From an uncultured Clostridia bacterium (GTDB lineage Bacteria > Bacillota > Clostridia > TANB77 > CAG-508): DNA of 64,000 nucleotides. This document shows, one piece after another, positions 12,285 through 22,646 of the stretch. The notes beneath the pieces were generated by a model. It worked only from the letters and a program-made list of their open reading frames with translations. It ran no database searches and was not told the origin of the DNA. Made by a program: the position numbers and the translations under genes. The stretch lies in NCBI GenBank assembly GCA_963557785.1, contig CAUWBF010000001.1, positions 161,889 through 225,888 of the forward strand. Direction: 5' to 3'. The number at the start of each line of letters is the position of its first letter. The stretch's first letter is position 1.

Positions 12285-13307
12285 ATGACAATTGAAGATT
12301 TAGAAAAGAGATTAAATAATAAACAATTAGATAGTATATACCTTTTTTATGGTGAAGAATTGTTTTTACTAGATAATTCTGTTAAAAAAATAAAAAAACA
12401 ATTTGGAGAATTAATTAATGGAATTAATTATATTGTAATTGATGAAAATAATGTTAAAGAATTAATTTCAGACATAGAAACTCCAGCATTTGGATATGAA
12501 AAAAAAGTGATAATTATAAAAAATTCAGGATTACTAAAAAAAGAGGGAAAAAGAAAAAACGCAGAGTTATCAGAACTGAAAACAAAAGTATCAAACTACA
12601 TAGAAGAAAATATTGGAATGATAAATGAATATGTTTGTCTTGTTTTTATAGAAGAAGATGTAGAAAAGCAAAAATTATATAAAACTATAGAAAAAAATGG
12701 AATAGTATGTAACTTTGAAATACAAAAACCAGTGCAAATAGGTAAAAGATTAAAAGGAATTTGCAATGCATATAAAGTAAATGTATCAGATCAAACTTTA
12801 ATGTATTTAATAGAACAATGTGGACAAAATATGCAGAACCTAATAAATGAAGTACGCAAACTTATAGAATATGCTGGCGAAAATGGAACGATAACAAATC
12901 AAGAAGTAGATAAGCTTTGTATAAAACAGATGCAATCAGTTATATTTGATTTAACAGATAATTTAGGAAATAAAAACATTGCTAAAGCTTTAGAAATATT
13001 AAATGGGCTTATTTTTAATAAAGAGCCAATACAAAAAATTATGATAACATTATATAACCATTTTAAAAAATTATATTTTGTACATATAGCAATGAAAAAT
13101 AATAAAGACATAGCAATTTCTTTAAATTTAAAACCTAATCAAATGTTTTTAGTAAATAAATATAAAGCTCAAGCGAGATATTTTAAAGAAGATGAACTGA
13201 AAAATTTAATAGAAGATATGATAGAGCTAGATACAAATTACAAATTAGGATTAATAGATATAAATATAGGACTAGAAACAATATTATGCAAATATTGCTC
13301 AAAATAA
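12285..13307 (+). CDS. holA: DNA polymerase III delta subunit
   Basis: 340 aa, with IYLFYGEELFLL at the N-terminus and a helical C-terminal domain, as in HolA. Confidence 0.8.
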   Translation: MTIEDLEKRLNNKQLDSIYLFYGEELFLLDNSVKKIKKQFGELINGINYIVIDENNVKELISDIETPAFGYEKKVIIIKNSGLLKKEGKRKNAELSELKTKVSNYIEENIGMINEYVCLVFIEEDVEKQKLYKTIEKNGIVCNFEIQKPVQIGKRLKGICNAYKVNVSDQTLMYLIEQCGQNMQNLINEVRKLIEYAGENGTITNQEVDKLCIKQMQSVIFDLTDNLGNKNIAKALEILNGLIFNKEPIQKIMITLYNHFKKLYFVHIAMKNNKDIAISLNLKPNQMFLVNKYKAQARYFKEDELKNLIEDMIELDTNYKLGLIDINIGLETILCKYCSK

Positions 13308-13360
13308 GTATGAATAAAAAAGCCTTTTTTTCAAAAGATAATTGAAGAGGAGGTTTTTTT

Positions 13361-14320
13361 ATGCGTAATTTTCAAAATTCATCTTTAAGTTTTAGAACAG
13401 ATATGGCAGATGAAAGAAGAGATATATATGTAAAAGCTAATCATATTGAAAACGAAATAGATGGAATAGAAACGAAGAATGAAATAATAGATTCTAATAT
13501 AAAAATATCTAGAGTAAAAATATTAAATCAAAACGGAGAAAAAGCAATAGGTAAACCAGTTGGAACATATATTACTATAGATATAAAAAATATAAAAATA
13601 GCAGGAGAAGAAGAAATACAGAAAGCCAGCGAAACTGTATCTAATCAGTTAAAACCATTAATTAATAATCATATAAATAATATGGATGATATTTTAATTG
13701 TGGGTCTAGGAAATATATATGTAACTCCAGATGCACTTGGACCAAAAGTTATAAATGAAATTGATGTAACAAGACATTTAGTTAAATATTTACCACAATA
13801 TGTTGATAAAAACACAAGACCAGTTAGTGCAGTAGCACCAGGTGTACTTGGAACTACAGGTATAGAAACATTAGAAATTTTAAAAGGAATAGTAGATAAT
13901 ATAAAGCCAAAAATGATAATAGCTATTGATAGCCTAGCTTCAAGAAGTATAGAAAGGATTAGTAGTACAATACAAATTGCAGATACTGGAATAGTACCAG
14001 GAGCAGGAGTTGGAAACACAAGAAAAGCCTTAAATGAAGAAAATTTAGGAGTAAAGGTAATAGCGATAGGTGTGCCAATGGTAGTAGAAAGCGCAGTTTT
14101 AGTAAATGATTGTTTAGATATGTTTATACAAAAATTACAAGATGATGCAAAATCTAATCAGTATTTAAATGAACTAAAAGAAAATGATAATTATGAAGAA
14201 ATAAAAGAAGCTTTAATTCCAAATGATTATAATATGATAGTTACTCCAAAAGAAATTGATGGATTAATTGAGAATATGAAAGATATTGTTGCAAGAGGAA
14301 TAAATTTTGCTATAAACTGA
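13361..14320 (+). CDS. gpr: Germination protease (GPR endopeptidase)
   Basis: RTDMADE pro-region, VGLGNIYVTPDALGP and IAIDSLASRS motifs characteristic of spore protease Gpr. Confidence 0.9.
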   Translation: MRNFQNSSLSFRTDMADERRDIYVKANHIENEIDGIETKNEIIDSNIKISRVKILNQNGEKAIGKPVGTYITIDIKNIKIAGEEEIQKASETVSNQLKPLINNHINNMDDILIVGLGNIYVTPDALGPKVINEIDVTRHLVKYLPQYVDKNTRPVSAVAPGVLGTTGIETLEILKGIVDNIKPKMIIAIDSLASRSIERISSTIQIADTGIVPGAGVGNTRKALNEENLGVKVIAIGVPMVVESAVLVNDCLDMFIQKLQDDAKSNQYLNELKENDNYEEIKEALIPNDYNMIVTPKEIDGLIENMKDIVARGINFAIN

Positions 14321-14322
14321 AT

Positions 14323-14346
14323 AAAAACGAGACTAATCTCGTTTTT
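14323..14346. terminator. Bidirectional terminator between the convergent gpr and ytxC-like genes
   Basis: AAAAACGAGA-(CTAA)-TCTCGTTTTT, with A-runs and T-runs on the two sides. Confidence 0.75.
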
Positions 14347-15208
14347 ATTTTGGTATTTTAGGTAAACATTTATCAGATAAAGTTTTATATATACTGCAGA
14401 TAGAACAGTCAGAACAAATTGATACTCTGTTTCCAAATATAAGTTTAAGAGTATTTATAAATTCATCCTCACAATCAATAATATGAATTATAATCTTTTG
14501 TGGTAATATAGAAAGTAGAGTGTTTAAAGTAAAATCATTTGAGGAAAATGAAATGTCCGATAAATATGCAGCATTTAGAATATTTTCATCTACAGAAATT
14601 ATATTTTTATTATCATCAATTAATATAGATTCATTATTCATGTAAATAAGATGTATTAAATCAAAATTAGATTCTTTACTATTAATGTATATTTTTAAAA
14701 GATTAATAAATTCATTATACTCACGTTCTATAATAAAGTTATTTACCGATAAATCTACAATTTCATCTAAAAGACTTATATATTTATATAATCTAAAATT
14801 AACAAAACCATCTAAGTATATAGATTTATTTTCAATAACATATTTTAATAACTCTACATATATAAGCTGATTACAATCTTCTCTCTTAGAAGAATCCGAA
14901 TTTAAAAGTTCATTACAATTATTTAATATAGATTGTTTTTCAAAATCAGAAAAATAAAAATAATTTATATTTATTAATTCTTTTAATTTATAAATTTCAT
15001 AAAAATTGATTATAGTATCTAATAATACATCACATAAATAATTATAAAATTGAGATAAATTATTACCACTATAATGAATAATTATATTTTCATAGTATTT
15101 AAAACTTTTTTTAGAAAGGTATACAGTATTGATACAATTATTTTTTAATGCTTCAAGTAGATAAGTTAGTATCTTATTGTTATTTATTTTGATGCATAAT
15201 GATTTCAT
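14345..15208 (-). CDS. ytxC: YtxC-like sporulation protein
   Basis: The central block FVNFRLYKYISLLDEIVDLSVNNFIIEREYNEFINLL...FDLIHLIY lines up with the B. subtilis YtxC block F.TFRL...IDEYKLEQEYQNFIQSL...FDVIHLVH, recalled from memory. The start is probably the internal ATG (MKSLCIKI); the track extends to 15262. Confidence 0.6.
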   Translation of the reverse strand: MKSLCIKINNNKILTYLLEALKNNCINTVYLSKKSFKYYENIIIHYSGNNLSQFYNYLCDVLLDTIINFYEIYKLKELININYFYFSDFEKQSILNNCNELLNSDSSKREDCNQLIYVELLKYVIENKSIYLDGFVNFRLYKYISLLDEIVDLSVNNFIIEREYNEFINLLKIYINSKESNFDLIHLIYMNNESILIDDNKNIISVDENILNAAYLSDISFSSNDFTLNTLLSILPQKIIIHIIDCEDEFINTLKLIFGNRVSICSDCSICSIYKTLSDKCLPKIPK

Positions 15209-15304
15209 AAATAAAAAATCTCCCTTCATCATATATGTATTATCTACTGAAAACCAGTTCATTATACATATAATATGAAAAGAGATTTTCTTTTGAAACT
15301 TGTA

Positions 15305-16897
15305 TTAATAATAAATCATATAATCAATTTCATCGAATATTTTATCTTTTTTATAAACTTCTTCTAAGAATTGCTTATCTATTTTATTATTTTTAATTTG
15401 GTAATAAAGTTTTGTAAATCTTCCAATATGATCTTTAATTCTTTTTTTAGCATAGTCTACCATAGTACCATTAGTTATAATGAATAACCAATCACTACTT
15501 TGAGCAAGTAATAGTTCACGAGCACATTGATTTAATGCAAAACGTAAAGTATCATCCTCTGTATTAGGGTAAAGGTGGGCAAGCTCAACCATTCTATCTC
15601 CGGCAACATGTAGATGTTTATGAGCATAATCATTTGTAGGATTTAACCATACTTCACTATAACCATTAGCTCCCCAACTTGATCGACAAGGAGAAGATAT
15701 TTGCATTTCTGGATATTTATCGATATATTCTCCAGGAGTTATAAGTTTAAAATTACATTTATCATAATATATTTTCTTAAATAGTACATATAACCAATAT
15801 GGACCTTCATACCACCAATGACCATAAAGTTCAGCATCATAAGGACATAAAATAATTGGAGGTTTATCCATAAAAGAAGAAAGATGACCAATTTGTTTTT
15901 CTCTACTATCAAAAAAATGTCCAGCTTGTTTTTCAGCAGAGTCTTTAGCCCATTGTAAATTATAATAATCTTTATTTTCAGTTTTTCCTGTAATTCTATA
16001 ATATTTTATTCCAGTATTAACCCTAACACCATCGTGAGCAATATAAGGTTTTATATAATCGTAATCAGCTTCATAACCAATATCTCTATAAAATTCTCTA
16101 TAATTATAATCTCCTGGATATCCATTTATTGAGCTCCAAACTTGTCTTGAAGATTCTATATCTCTACCAAAAGCAATAACCCCTTCTGGAGAAACTATAG
16201 GAGAGAAAGTACCATATACAGGAGTTGGGTTAGCATATAAAATTCCATGTGATTCTGTAATTACGTATTCAATTCCAAACTCTTTTAAATATTTATCAGC
16301 CTCAGGAACATATCCGCATTCTGGAAGCCAAATACCACGAGGTTGTTTGCCAAAATACTTTTTGTAAGTTTGAACTCCAACAGCAATTTGAGCTCTAACT
16401 GTTTTTTCATTAACATATAGAATAGGAAAATATCCATGCGTTGCGCCGCAAGTAATAATTTCTAAAACTCCGATATCCTGAAAATGTTTAAATCCATTAA
16501 TAAGATTACAATCATATATGTCTTTAAAAATATGTAAATCTTCAGAATATTTATCTACATAATATTTAGATAGCTCATTTAGTCTAGCATCATAAGAAGT
16601 TCTCTTAACTTCTTTTTTAGCAAGTTCTATATGGTCTAATAAATAATTAATATATTTTTGTTGTAATAATTTATTATCTAACATCCATAAAAGAGGGGGA
16701 GTCATAGACATTGTTATTCTAAAATCAACATGTTCGTCAACTAATTTTTTAAAATTTGTAAGAAGAGGAATATATGTTTCTGAGATTGCTTCAAATAGCC
16801 ATTGCTCCTCTAAATAGTTATCACTTTCAGGGTGATGCACAAAAGGTAAATGTGCATGTAGAACAAAACTTACATATCCTTGTGGTGTATTATTCAT
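15305..16897 (-). CDS. GH57-family 1,4-alpha-glucan branching enzyme
   Basis: GYVSFVLHAHLPFVHHPE start, the ECGY and AELYGHWWYEGP motifs, and a C-terminal helical domain, as in GH57 branching enzymes. Confidence 0.85.
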   Translation of the reverse strand: MNNTPQGYVSFVLHAHLPFVHHPESDNYLEEQWLFEAISETYIPLLTNFKKLVDEHVDFRITMSMTPPLLWMLDNKLLQQKYINYLLDHIELAKKEVKRTSYDARLNELSKYYVDKYSEDLHIFKDIYDCNLINGFKHFQDIGVLEIITCGATHGYFPILYVNEKTVRAQIAVGVQTYKKYFGKQPRGIWLPECGYVPEADKYLKEFGIEYVITESHGILYANPTPVYGTFSPIVSPEGVIAFGRDIESSRQVWSSINGYPGDYNYREFYRDIGYEADYDYIKPYIAHDGVRVNTGIKYYRITGKTENKDYYNLQWAKDSAEKQAGHFFDSREKQIGHLSSFMDKPPIILCPYDAELYGHWWYEGPYWLYVLFKKIYYDKCNFKLITPGEYIDKYPEMQISSPCRSSWGANGYSEVWLNPTNDYAHKHLHVAGDRMVELAHLYPNTEDDTLRFALNQCARELLLAQSSDWLFIITNGTMVDYAKKRIKDHIGRFTKLYYQIKNNKIDKQFLEEVYKKDKIFDEIDYMIYY

Positions 16898-16965
16898 TTT
16901 TTTCTCCTTTGTTTATAATAATTATGGGTTGCAACGCTAAAGTAAACATGCAACCCATGTAAATT

Positions 16966-17898
16966 TTATTTAAAAGTAGAAGAAGGATTTCCTTTACTAG
17001 AAGGGTTTGATAAATCATAATCTTCTATATTTTCGTCTTTATAAATTTGCTTATAAATGTCGTAAATATTATAAATCTTACCAATATTTTTCATATAAGA
17101 GAAATTGATAGATTTTGAATTGACATTATTTGTTTTTACATTCTTAAAATATACCATCTGTTGATTTTGGTCAAATAAGATATGGTCATTAGGTGATTCA
17201 ATTTCATTAGAAGAGGAAATATATATATAATCTACATTAATTTTGCTAGAATCAATGTAAGTATTATTCTTAATAGGTCTTCTACCTAATTCAATTCTAT
17301 AATCACATTTACTATCATTTACATTTAAATACCAACAATTTGCAAAATCATTTATATCAACTTCAAAACTATAATTCATAGAATCATTGTGAACTATTAG
17401 TACAGGCTTCGTAACTTCAAAGAAATTTTCTCCATATTGTTCAACGTATTTTTTTCTATCATCATCAGAAATTTCCCAATATACAAATAAAGTATTTGGA
17501 GTTTGAGCAAGTAATTTAACTACTGTTTTATTGTAATTTCCTGGTAAATCATAATATTCTGCAATAGAGAAATCCTCTGGAAATGCAGTTTTAACCTTTT
17601 TAACAGATTTTTTAGTAGAAGTAGTTTTTTTACCTGTAGCAGTTTTGACTGTTGTGGTAGCTTTAGTACTTTTTGTAGTTTTTTTAGTAGTGTTTTTTGT
17701 TGTAGTAGTCTTTTTGGTTGTAGTAGTGTTTTTTGTAGTTTCTTTTTTTGTTTTTTCCAATTTTGAAGGTTGTTTCTTAGTAGTTGATTTTTTAGAATCA
17801 CTGACTTTCGTACTTTTTGTAGTTTTAGCAGTCGATGTAGTTTTCTTTTTTACAATTTTTTCATCTTCTGATTTTGCTTCTTTTGTAACTTTTGGCAT
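16966..17898 (-). CDS. DUF4912-like protein with a ~100-aa Lys/Thr-rich N-terminal tail
   Basis: The C-terminal ~200 aa (LLAQTPNTLFVYWEISDDDRKKY...) resembles the DUF4912 family that I recall as a frequent neighbour of GH57 branching enzymes. The N-terminus is low-complexity K/T repeats. Confidence 0.5.
   Translation of the reverse strand: MPKVTKEAKSEDEKIVKKKTTSTAKTTKSTKVSDSKKSTTKKQPSKLEKTKKETTKNTTTTKKTTTTKNTTKKTTKSTKATTTVKTATGKKTTSTKKSVKKVKTAFPEDFSIAEYYDLPGNYNKTVVKLLAQTPNTLFVYWEISDDDRKKYVEQYGENFFEVTKPVLIVHNDSMNYSFEVDINDFANCWYLNVNDSKCDYRIELGRRPIKNNTYIDSSKINVDYIYISSSNEIESPNDHILFDQNQQMVYFKNVKTNNVNSKSINFSYMKNIGKIYNIYDIYKQIYKDENIEDYDLSNPSSKGNPSSTFK
17584..17898 (-). repeat. Coding low-complexity tract (KKTTTT/KSTK-type repeats)
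   Basis: Reiterated GTAGT/TTTTT units on the + strand. They translate on the - strand to KKTTSTAKTTKSTK...TTTTKKTTTTKNTTKKTTKSTKATTT. Confidence 0.85.
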
Positions 17899-17995
17899 TT
17901 ATTTTCCTCCTTAGTAAATATTAAATCATACTATACAATATACTATATCAAAAAAAGAATAAATTCAATACCAAAAAGCGACAAAATTAAATATT

Positions 17996-18430
17996 TTATA
18001 AAAATTTTTTTAATTGATTTATGCTGTTTTCTTGAGTTGTAACAAAATTATTTAAAAGGCTTTTTATATCTTCACTAACATTAGGGTTTGAGTTTAATAA
18101 CTTTCTACCTTTAATAATTCCCATATCTGTGCCTTGAATTAAAAGTTCTGCTAAATGAGAAATTGTTTTATCATTTAGTGTATTCATTTGTATTCCAGTC
18201 CAACTCATAACTGATTCCTTCATATGATTTTCTTCGGGAATTTCACCATAATTCTCAAATAGTTTATTAATCCTATCTAAAAATTGACTATATTCTGTAT
18301 ATTGAAAACTTAAGTTATCCTTAAACTCAGAATCTTCAATTTTTTCAGCTACATAAGATATAGAATCCATACCCATTTTAGCTCCTTTGTGCAATTCATT
18401 TAATACTTTTATATTTTCATAATCATCCAT
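17996..18430 (-). CDS. Small all-helical protein, possibly a ferritin-like four-helix bundle (DUF2383/PA2169-like)
   Basis: 144 aa with a helical periodicity pattern (LNELHKGAKMGMDSISYV...GTDMGIIKG). Assigned by resemblance only. Confidence 0.3.
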   Translation of the reverse strand: MDDYENIKVLNELHKGAKMGMDSISYVAEKIEDSEFKDNLSFQYTEYSQFLDRINKLFENYGEIPEENHMKESVMSWTGIQMNTLNDKTISHLAELLIQGTDMGIIKGRKLLNSNPNVSEDIKSLLNNFVTTQENSINQLKKFL

Positions 18431-18496
18431 AAAATTACCTCCTATAAAAGTAGTTTAACCAAAAGAAAAAAATAAATAAAATTTTATTAAAATCAT

Positions 18497-18525
18497 TTGA
18501 CAAATTATATATGTTAATAGATAAT
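18497..18525 (+). promoter_or_regulatory. SigA-type promoter of the phosphorylase gene
   Basis: TTGACA, a 17-nt spacer, then GATAAT. Confidence 0.55.
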
Positions 18526-18592
18526 AGACTTGTTAAAATATATTTTTTTACAAAAGGAAAAAAGAGGAAATTACAAAGGAGGAAACATAGAA

Positions 18593-21163
18593 ATGTATGT
18601 TTTTAATAAAATTACTGTAAATCCACAATTACCAAAAAGAATCAATAAATTAATGGATATTGCAAATAATTTATGGTGGTCTTGGAATACAGAATTTCTA
18701 AGATTATTTAAAAAAATTGATTTAGATTTATGGGAATCTGTAGAAAAAAATCCAGTAAAGTTTTTAAAACAAGTTTCACAAGAAAAATTAGAAGAAGCAA
18801 TTAATAATGATGAATTTATAAAAGAATATGATAAGATAGCACAAAATTTCGAAAATTATATGAATAGCAAGAATACTTGGTTTTCAAAAAACTATCCAAA
18901 TAACTCAAAAAATTTAATTGCATATTTTTCAGCAGAATATGGATTAGATGAGATATTACCTATATATTCAGGAGGACTTGGAATATTATCAGGAGATCAT
19001 TTGAAATCAGCAAGTGATTTAGGATTACCATTTGTAGCAATAGGTTTATTATATAAAAATGGATATTTCCATCAAAAAATAAATGCATATGGAGATCAAG
19101 AAACAGAATATCATAATATAGATTTAAATAATTTGCCAATAAGTTCTGTAAAAAATGAAAACGATGAAGATTTAATGATAAGTGTTAAACTTGCAGATAG
19201 AGAAGTGTTTTTAAAAGTATGGAAAATAAGTGTAGGAAGAATAAACTTATATTTATTAGATTCAGATATAGATAAAAATATAGCAGAAGATAGAGTAATT
19301 ACTTTAAGATTATATGGTGGAGACCAAGAAATGAGAATTAGACAAGAAATCGTTCTTGGTATGGCAGGAGTTAAATTGTTAAAAGCATTAAACTATGATC
19401 CAACTGTTTATCATATGAATGAAGGACATTCATCATTCTTAACATTAGAATTAATAAAAAATATAATGCAAGATAAACAAGTGTCTTTCAACATTGCAAA
19501 AGAAATAGCATCTGCTAAAACAGTATTTACAACACATACACCAGTCCCAGCTGGAAATGATATATTCCCACTAGATTTAGTAGAAAAATATTTTTCTGAG
19601 TTCTGGCCAAAATTAGGTTTAAATAAAGAAGAATTCCTAAAATTAGGTATGAAACCAACAAAAGAACTAGAAACAGGATTTAATATGGGAATACTAGCTT
19701 TAAAAATTGCAGGAAAGAAAAATGGAGTTAGTAAATTACATGGCGCAGTATCTAGAGAATTATTCGCAGATGTATGGCCTAATATAGCAGCAAATGAATC
19801 ACCAATTACATATGTAACAAATGGTATTCATACATGTTCATGGCTTGCACCAAATTTAAAAAATCTTTACAATCAATACTTAATGCCATATTGGCAAGAT
19901 AACATACATCAAGATTCTACATGGGATAAAATAAAAGATATACCAAATGAAAAGCTATGGGCTGAACATATGGTAAGAAAAGAAAAATTATTAAAATTAG
20001 TAAAAGAAAATGTTACTAATAGATTAAGAGCTGGAAATGTAAGTTACGAAGAAATAAAAGAAATTACTTCTAAACTAGATCCGAATGTTTTAACAATAGG
20101 ATTTGCAAGAAGATTTGCAACATATAAAAGAGCTACATTAATATTTAAAGACTTAGAAAGAATAACACAAATATTAAATGATGAAAAAAGACCAGTTCAA
20201 ATAATATTTGCAGGTAAAGCACATCCAGCAGATAAAGAAGGTCAAGATTTAATAAAATATATTCATGAATTATCTATGAAACCACAATTTAAAGGTAAAT
20301 TATTTGTACTTGAAAATTATAATATAGGATTATCAAGATATTTAATAAGTGGTGTAGATGTATGGCTTAATAATCCAAGAAGACCAATGGAAGCTTCAGG
20401 AACAAGTGGACAAAAAGCTTCAGTAAATGGAGTTATAAATTTTAGTGTACTAGATGGATGGTGGGCTGAAGGGTATAACCAAAAAAATGGATGGACAATA
20501 GGTACAAACAAAGAATTTATATCATATGAAGAGCAAGATATTGCAGATAGCCAAAGTTTATATAACACTTTAGAAAATAAAATTATTCCATTATATTATG
20601 ATGATAAATCAAAGATAGATGGTGTATCACCTAAATGGATGGAAATGATGAAAAATTCTATTATCTCAACAGGTGGGAAATATAGTACATCAAGAATGGT
20701 AGTTGACTATACAAACAATTTATATATGCCATTATGTAATTTAACAAATAAATATTATTCTGATTTAGAAAAAGTAACTGAATTTAATACTTGGAAAGAA
20801 AACTTATATAATAGTTGGAATAAAATAAATATAAAACAAGTAAATAATTCAGATAATATAACAATAGATGCAGGAAATAACATTGAAGTTCATTGTGAAG
20901 TTGAACTACCTAATATATCTGTCAACAATATAGTTGTAGAAGTATATTATGGAAAAATTTCAAATAATGGTACAGTTGAAGAAGTGAATGTAATTCCTAT
21001 GGAATTAGTAGCTTCTAATAATGAAGAAAGAAGATATACTTTCCAAGCTAAAATAGGATTATCTACAGGCGGAGAATATGGCTATACATTCAGAGTAATG
21101 CCAAAGCATGAAATGATACTAGATAATAGTGATTTAAATTTAGTGAAATGGATAACAAAATAA
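18593..21163 (+). CDS. glgP: Alpha-glucan phosphorylase (GT35, maltodextrin/glycogen phosphorylase with a DUF3417-type N-terminus)
   Basis: YFSAEYG, SGGLGILSGDHLKSASDLG, FARRFATYKR, NPRRPMEASGTSGQKA (PLP-Lys region). The ATG at 18593 has an AAGGAGGA RBS. The track TTG at 18530 lies only 5 nt downstream of the predicted -10, so the extra 21 codons are most likely 5' UTR. Confidence 0.92.
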   Translation: MYVFNKITVNPQLPKRINKLMDIANNLWWSWNTEFLRLFKKIDLDLWESVEKNPVKFLKQVSQEKLEEAINNDEFIKEYDKIAQNFENYMNSKNTWFSKNYPNNSKNLIAYFSAEYGLDEILPIYSGGLGILSGDHLKSASDLGLPFVAIGLLYKNGYFHQKINAYGDQETEYHNIDLNNLPISSVKNENDEDLMISVKLADREVFLKVWKISVGRINLYLLDSDIDKNIAEDRVITLRLYGGDQEMRIRQEIVLGMAGVKLLKALNYDPTVYHMNEGHSSFLTLELIKNIMQDKQVSFNIAKEIASAKTVFTTHTPVPAGNDIFPLDLVEKYFSEFWPKLGLNKEEFLKLGMKPTKELETGFNMGILALKIAGKKNGVSKLHGAVSRELFADVWPNIAANESPITYVTNGIHTCSWLAPNLKNLYNQYLMPYWQDNIHQDSTWDKIKDIPNEKLWAEHMVRKEKLLKLVKENVTNRLRAGNVSYEEIKEITSKLDPNVLTIGFARRFATYKRATLIFKDLERITQILNDEKRPVQIIFAGKAHPADKEGQDLIKYIHELSMKPQFKGKLFVLENYNIGLSRYLISGVDVWLNNPRRPMEASGTSGQKASVNGVINFSVLDGWWAEGYNQKNGWTIGTNKEFISYEEQDIADSQSLYNTLENKIIPLYYDDKSKIDGVSPKWMEMMKNSIISTGGKYSTSRMVVDYTNNLYMPLCNLTNKYYSDLEKVTEFNTWKENLYNSWNKINIKQVNNSDNITIDAGNNIEVHCEVELPNISVNNIVVEVYYGKISNNGTVEEVNVIPMELVASNNEERRYTFQAKIGLSTGGEYGYTFRVMPKHEMILDNSDLNLVKWITK

Positions 21164-21199
21164 TGTTATCCATTTCATGAAAGAAAAGAGGTAATAAAT

Positions 21200-22513
21200 A
21201 TGTCAGATTTAAAAATTGAATTAAAAAACACAAAAGTAGAAGAAAAGGAACTTATGAGTTATAAAGATGAGGTATCTAAAATTCATAAGGAATTATACCT
21301 AAAGGCAGATGATGAAAAAGAATTTTTAGGATGGCTAAAATTGCCAACAGAATATGATAAAGAAGAATTTGCAAGAATTAAAGAAGTTGCAAAAAAGGTA
21401 AAAAAAGATTCAGATATACTCCTTGTAATAGGAATTGGAGGATCATATTTAGGAGCTAGAGCAGTTATAGAAGCAATGTCTAGTCAATTTGAAAATGCCA
21501 TACCAGATGATAAAGCAAAAAATCCAAAAGTAATATTTGTAGGAAACAACCTAAATCCAGATTATATAAATGATATAATAAACTTTATTGGAGATAGAGA
21601 TTTATCTATAAATGTTATATCAAAATCAGGAACAACAACAGAGCCTGCTATTGCATTTAGAATTTTTAGAGAATTTTTAGAAAATAAATATGGATTAGCA
21701 GAAGCGAGAAGTAGAATATATGTAACAACAGATAAAGAAAAAGGGGCATTAAAGAAATTATCAGAATCAGAAGGATATCAAACTTTTGTTATACCAGATA
21801 ATGTAGGAGGTAGATATTCTGTACTAACTGCTGTTGGATTATTACCTATAGCTGTAGCAGGAATAGATATAGATAAATTAATGACTGGTGCTCTATATGC
21901 TCAAAATAAATACGCTGATGAAAATCTAAAATATAATGATTGTTATAAATATGCGGTAACTAGAAATATATTATATAAAAATAAAAAAGATATAGAATTA
22001 CTAGTAGATTATGAACCAAAATTACATTACTTCATAGAATGGTGGAAACAATTATATGGAGAAAGTGAAGGAAAAGATAATAAAGGAATATTCCCAGCAG
22101 GAGTAGAATTTACAACAGATTTACACTCAATGGGACAATATATTCAAGAAGGTAGAAGAAATCTATTTGAAACAGTTTTAAATGTTGAAAAATCTAAAAC
22201 AGATATAGAAATAAAAAATGATGAAGATAACTTAGATGGTTTAAATTATTTAGTTGGAAAATCATTAGACTATGTAAATAAAAAGGCAATGGAAGCTACT
22301 ATAGCAGCTCATGTCGATGGAGATGTGCCAAACATATTAATCTCTATGGAAAAATTAGATGAAGAAAACTTAGGACAGCTAATATATTTCTTTGAACTTG
22401 CATGTGCAATGTCAGGTAAAATATTAGGAGTAAATCCTTTTAATCAACCAGGAGTAGAAGCATATAAAAAGAATATGTTTACTTTATTAGGAAAACCAGG
22501 ATATGAAAAATAA
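21200..22513 (+). CDS. pgi: Glucose-6-phosphate isomerase
   Basis: [27 protein letters not shown] and GESEGK motifs; ~440-aa Gram-positive type. Confidence 0.95.
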   Translation: MSDLKIELKNTKVEEKELMSYKDEVSKIHKELYLKADDEKEFLGWLKLPTEYDKEEFARIKEVAKKVKKDSDILLVIGIGGSYLGARAVIEAMSSQFENAIPDDKAKNPKVIFVGNNLNPDYINDIINFIGDRDLSINVISKSGTTTEPAIAFRIFREFLENKYGLAEARSRIYVTTDKEKGALKKLSESEGYQTFVIPDNVGGRYSVLTAVGLLPIAVAGIDIDKLMTGALYAQNKYADENLKYNDCYKYAVTRNILYKNKKDIELLVDYEPKLHYFIEWWKQLYGESEGKDNKGIFPAGVEFTTDLHSMGQYIQEGRRNLFETVLNVEKSKTDIEIKNDEDNLDGLNYLVGKSLDYVNKKAMEATIAAHVDGDVPNILISMEKLDEENLGQLIYFFELACAMSGKILGVNPFNQPGVEAYKKNMFTLLGKPGYEK

Positions 22514-22523
22514 CTAACTTTTT

Positions 22524-22560
22524 AAAAGCGACTTTGCGTGTACAGAGTCGCTTTTATTGT
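22524..22560 (+). terminator. Rho-independent terminator after pgi
   Basis: AAAAGCGACT-(12-nt loop)-AGTCGCTTTT followed by T-rich sequence. Confidence 0.7.
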
Positions 22561-22590
22561 TGACAATTAATTCTTATTTTCTAGGTTTTC

Positions 22591-22619
22591 TTGAAAACAT
22601 ATTATATATGATGTATAAT
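22591..22619 (+). promoter_or_regulatory. SigA-type promoter
   Basis: TTGAAA, a 17-nt spacer, then TATAAT directly preceded by TG. Confidence 0.5.
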
Positions 22620-22646
22620 ATGAAAGATGAAAAAAGGAGAGATTAC

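Noticed and set aside
17520-17914. Alternative-frame ORFs (93 aa on the minus strand, 89 aa on the plus strand) over the Lys/Thr repeat
   Set aside because: They are by-products of the nucleotide repeat. Their products are monotonous (L/K/Q or V/F runs). The frame that continues into the conserved C-terminal domain is the credible one.
22557-22646. N-terminal 30-codon extension of the P-loop/Asp23 gene from the track (TTG at 22557). Similar extensions occur at 18530 (glgP), 1619 (CYTH), 4184 (dnaJ), 23476 (cmk), 54384 (accC), 57394 (fabI), 46893 (rbfA), 49852 (XRE) and 5420 (SH3b-CAP).
   Set aside because: In each case an internal ATG has a proper Shine-Dalgarno sequence at 5-9 nt, and the family-typical N-terminus starts there. 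The extensions overlap terminators, promoters or the upstream gene.
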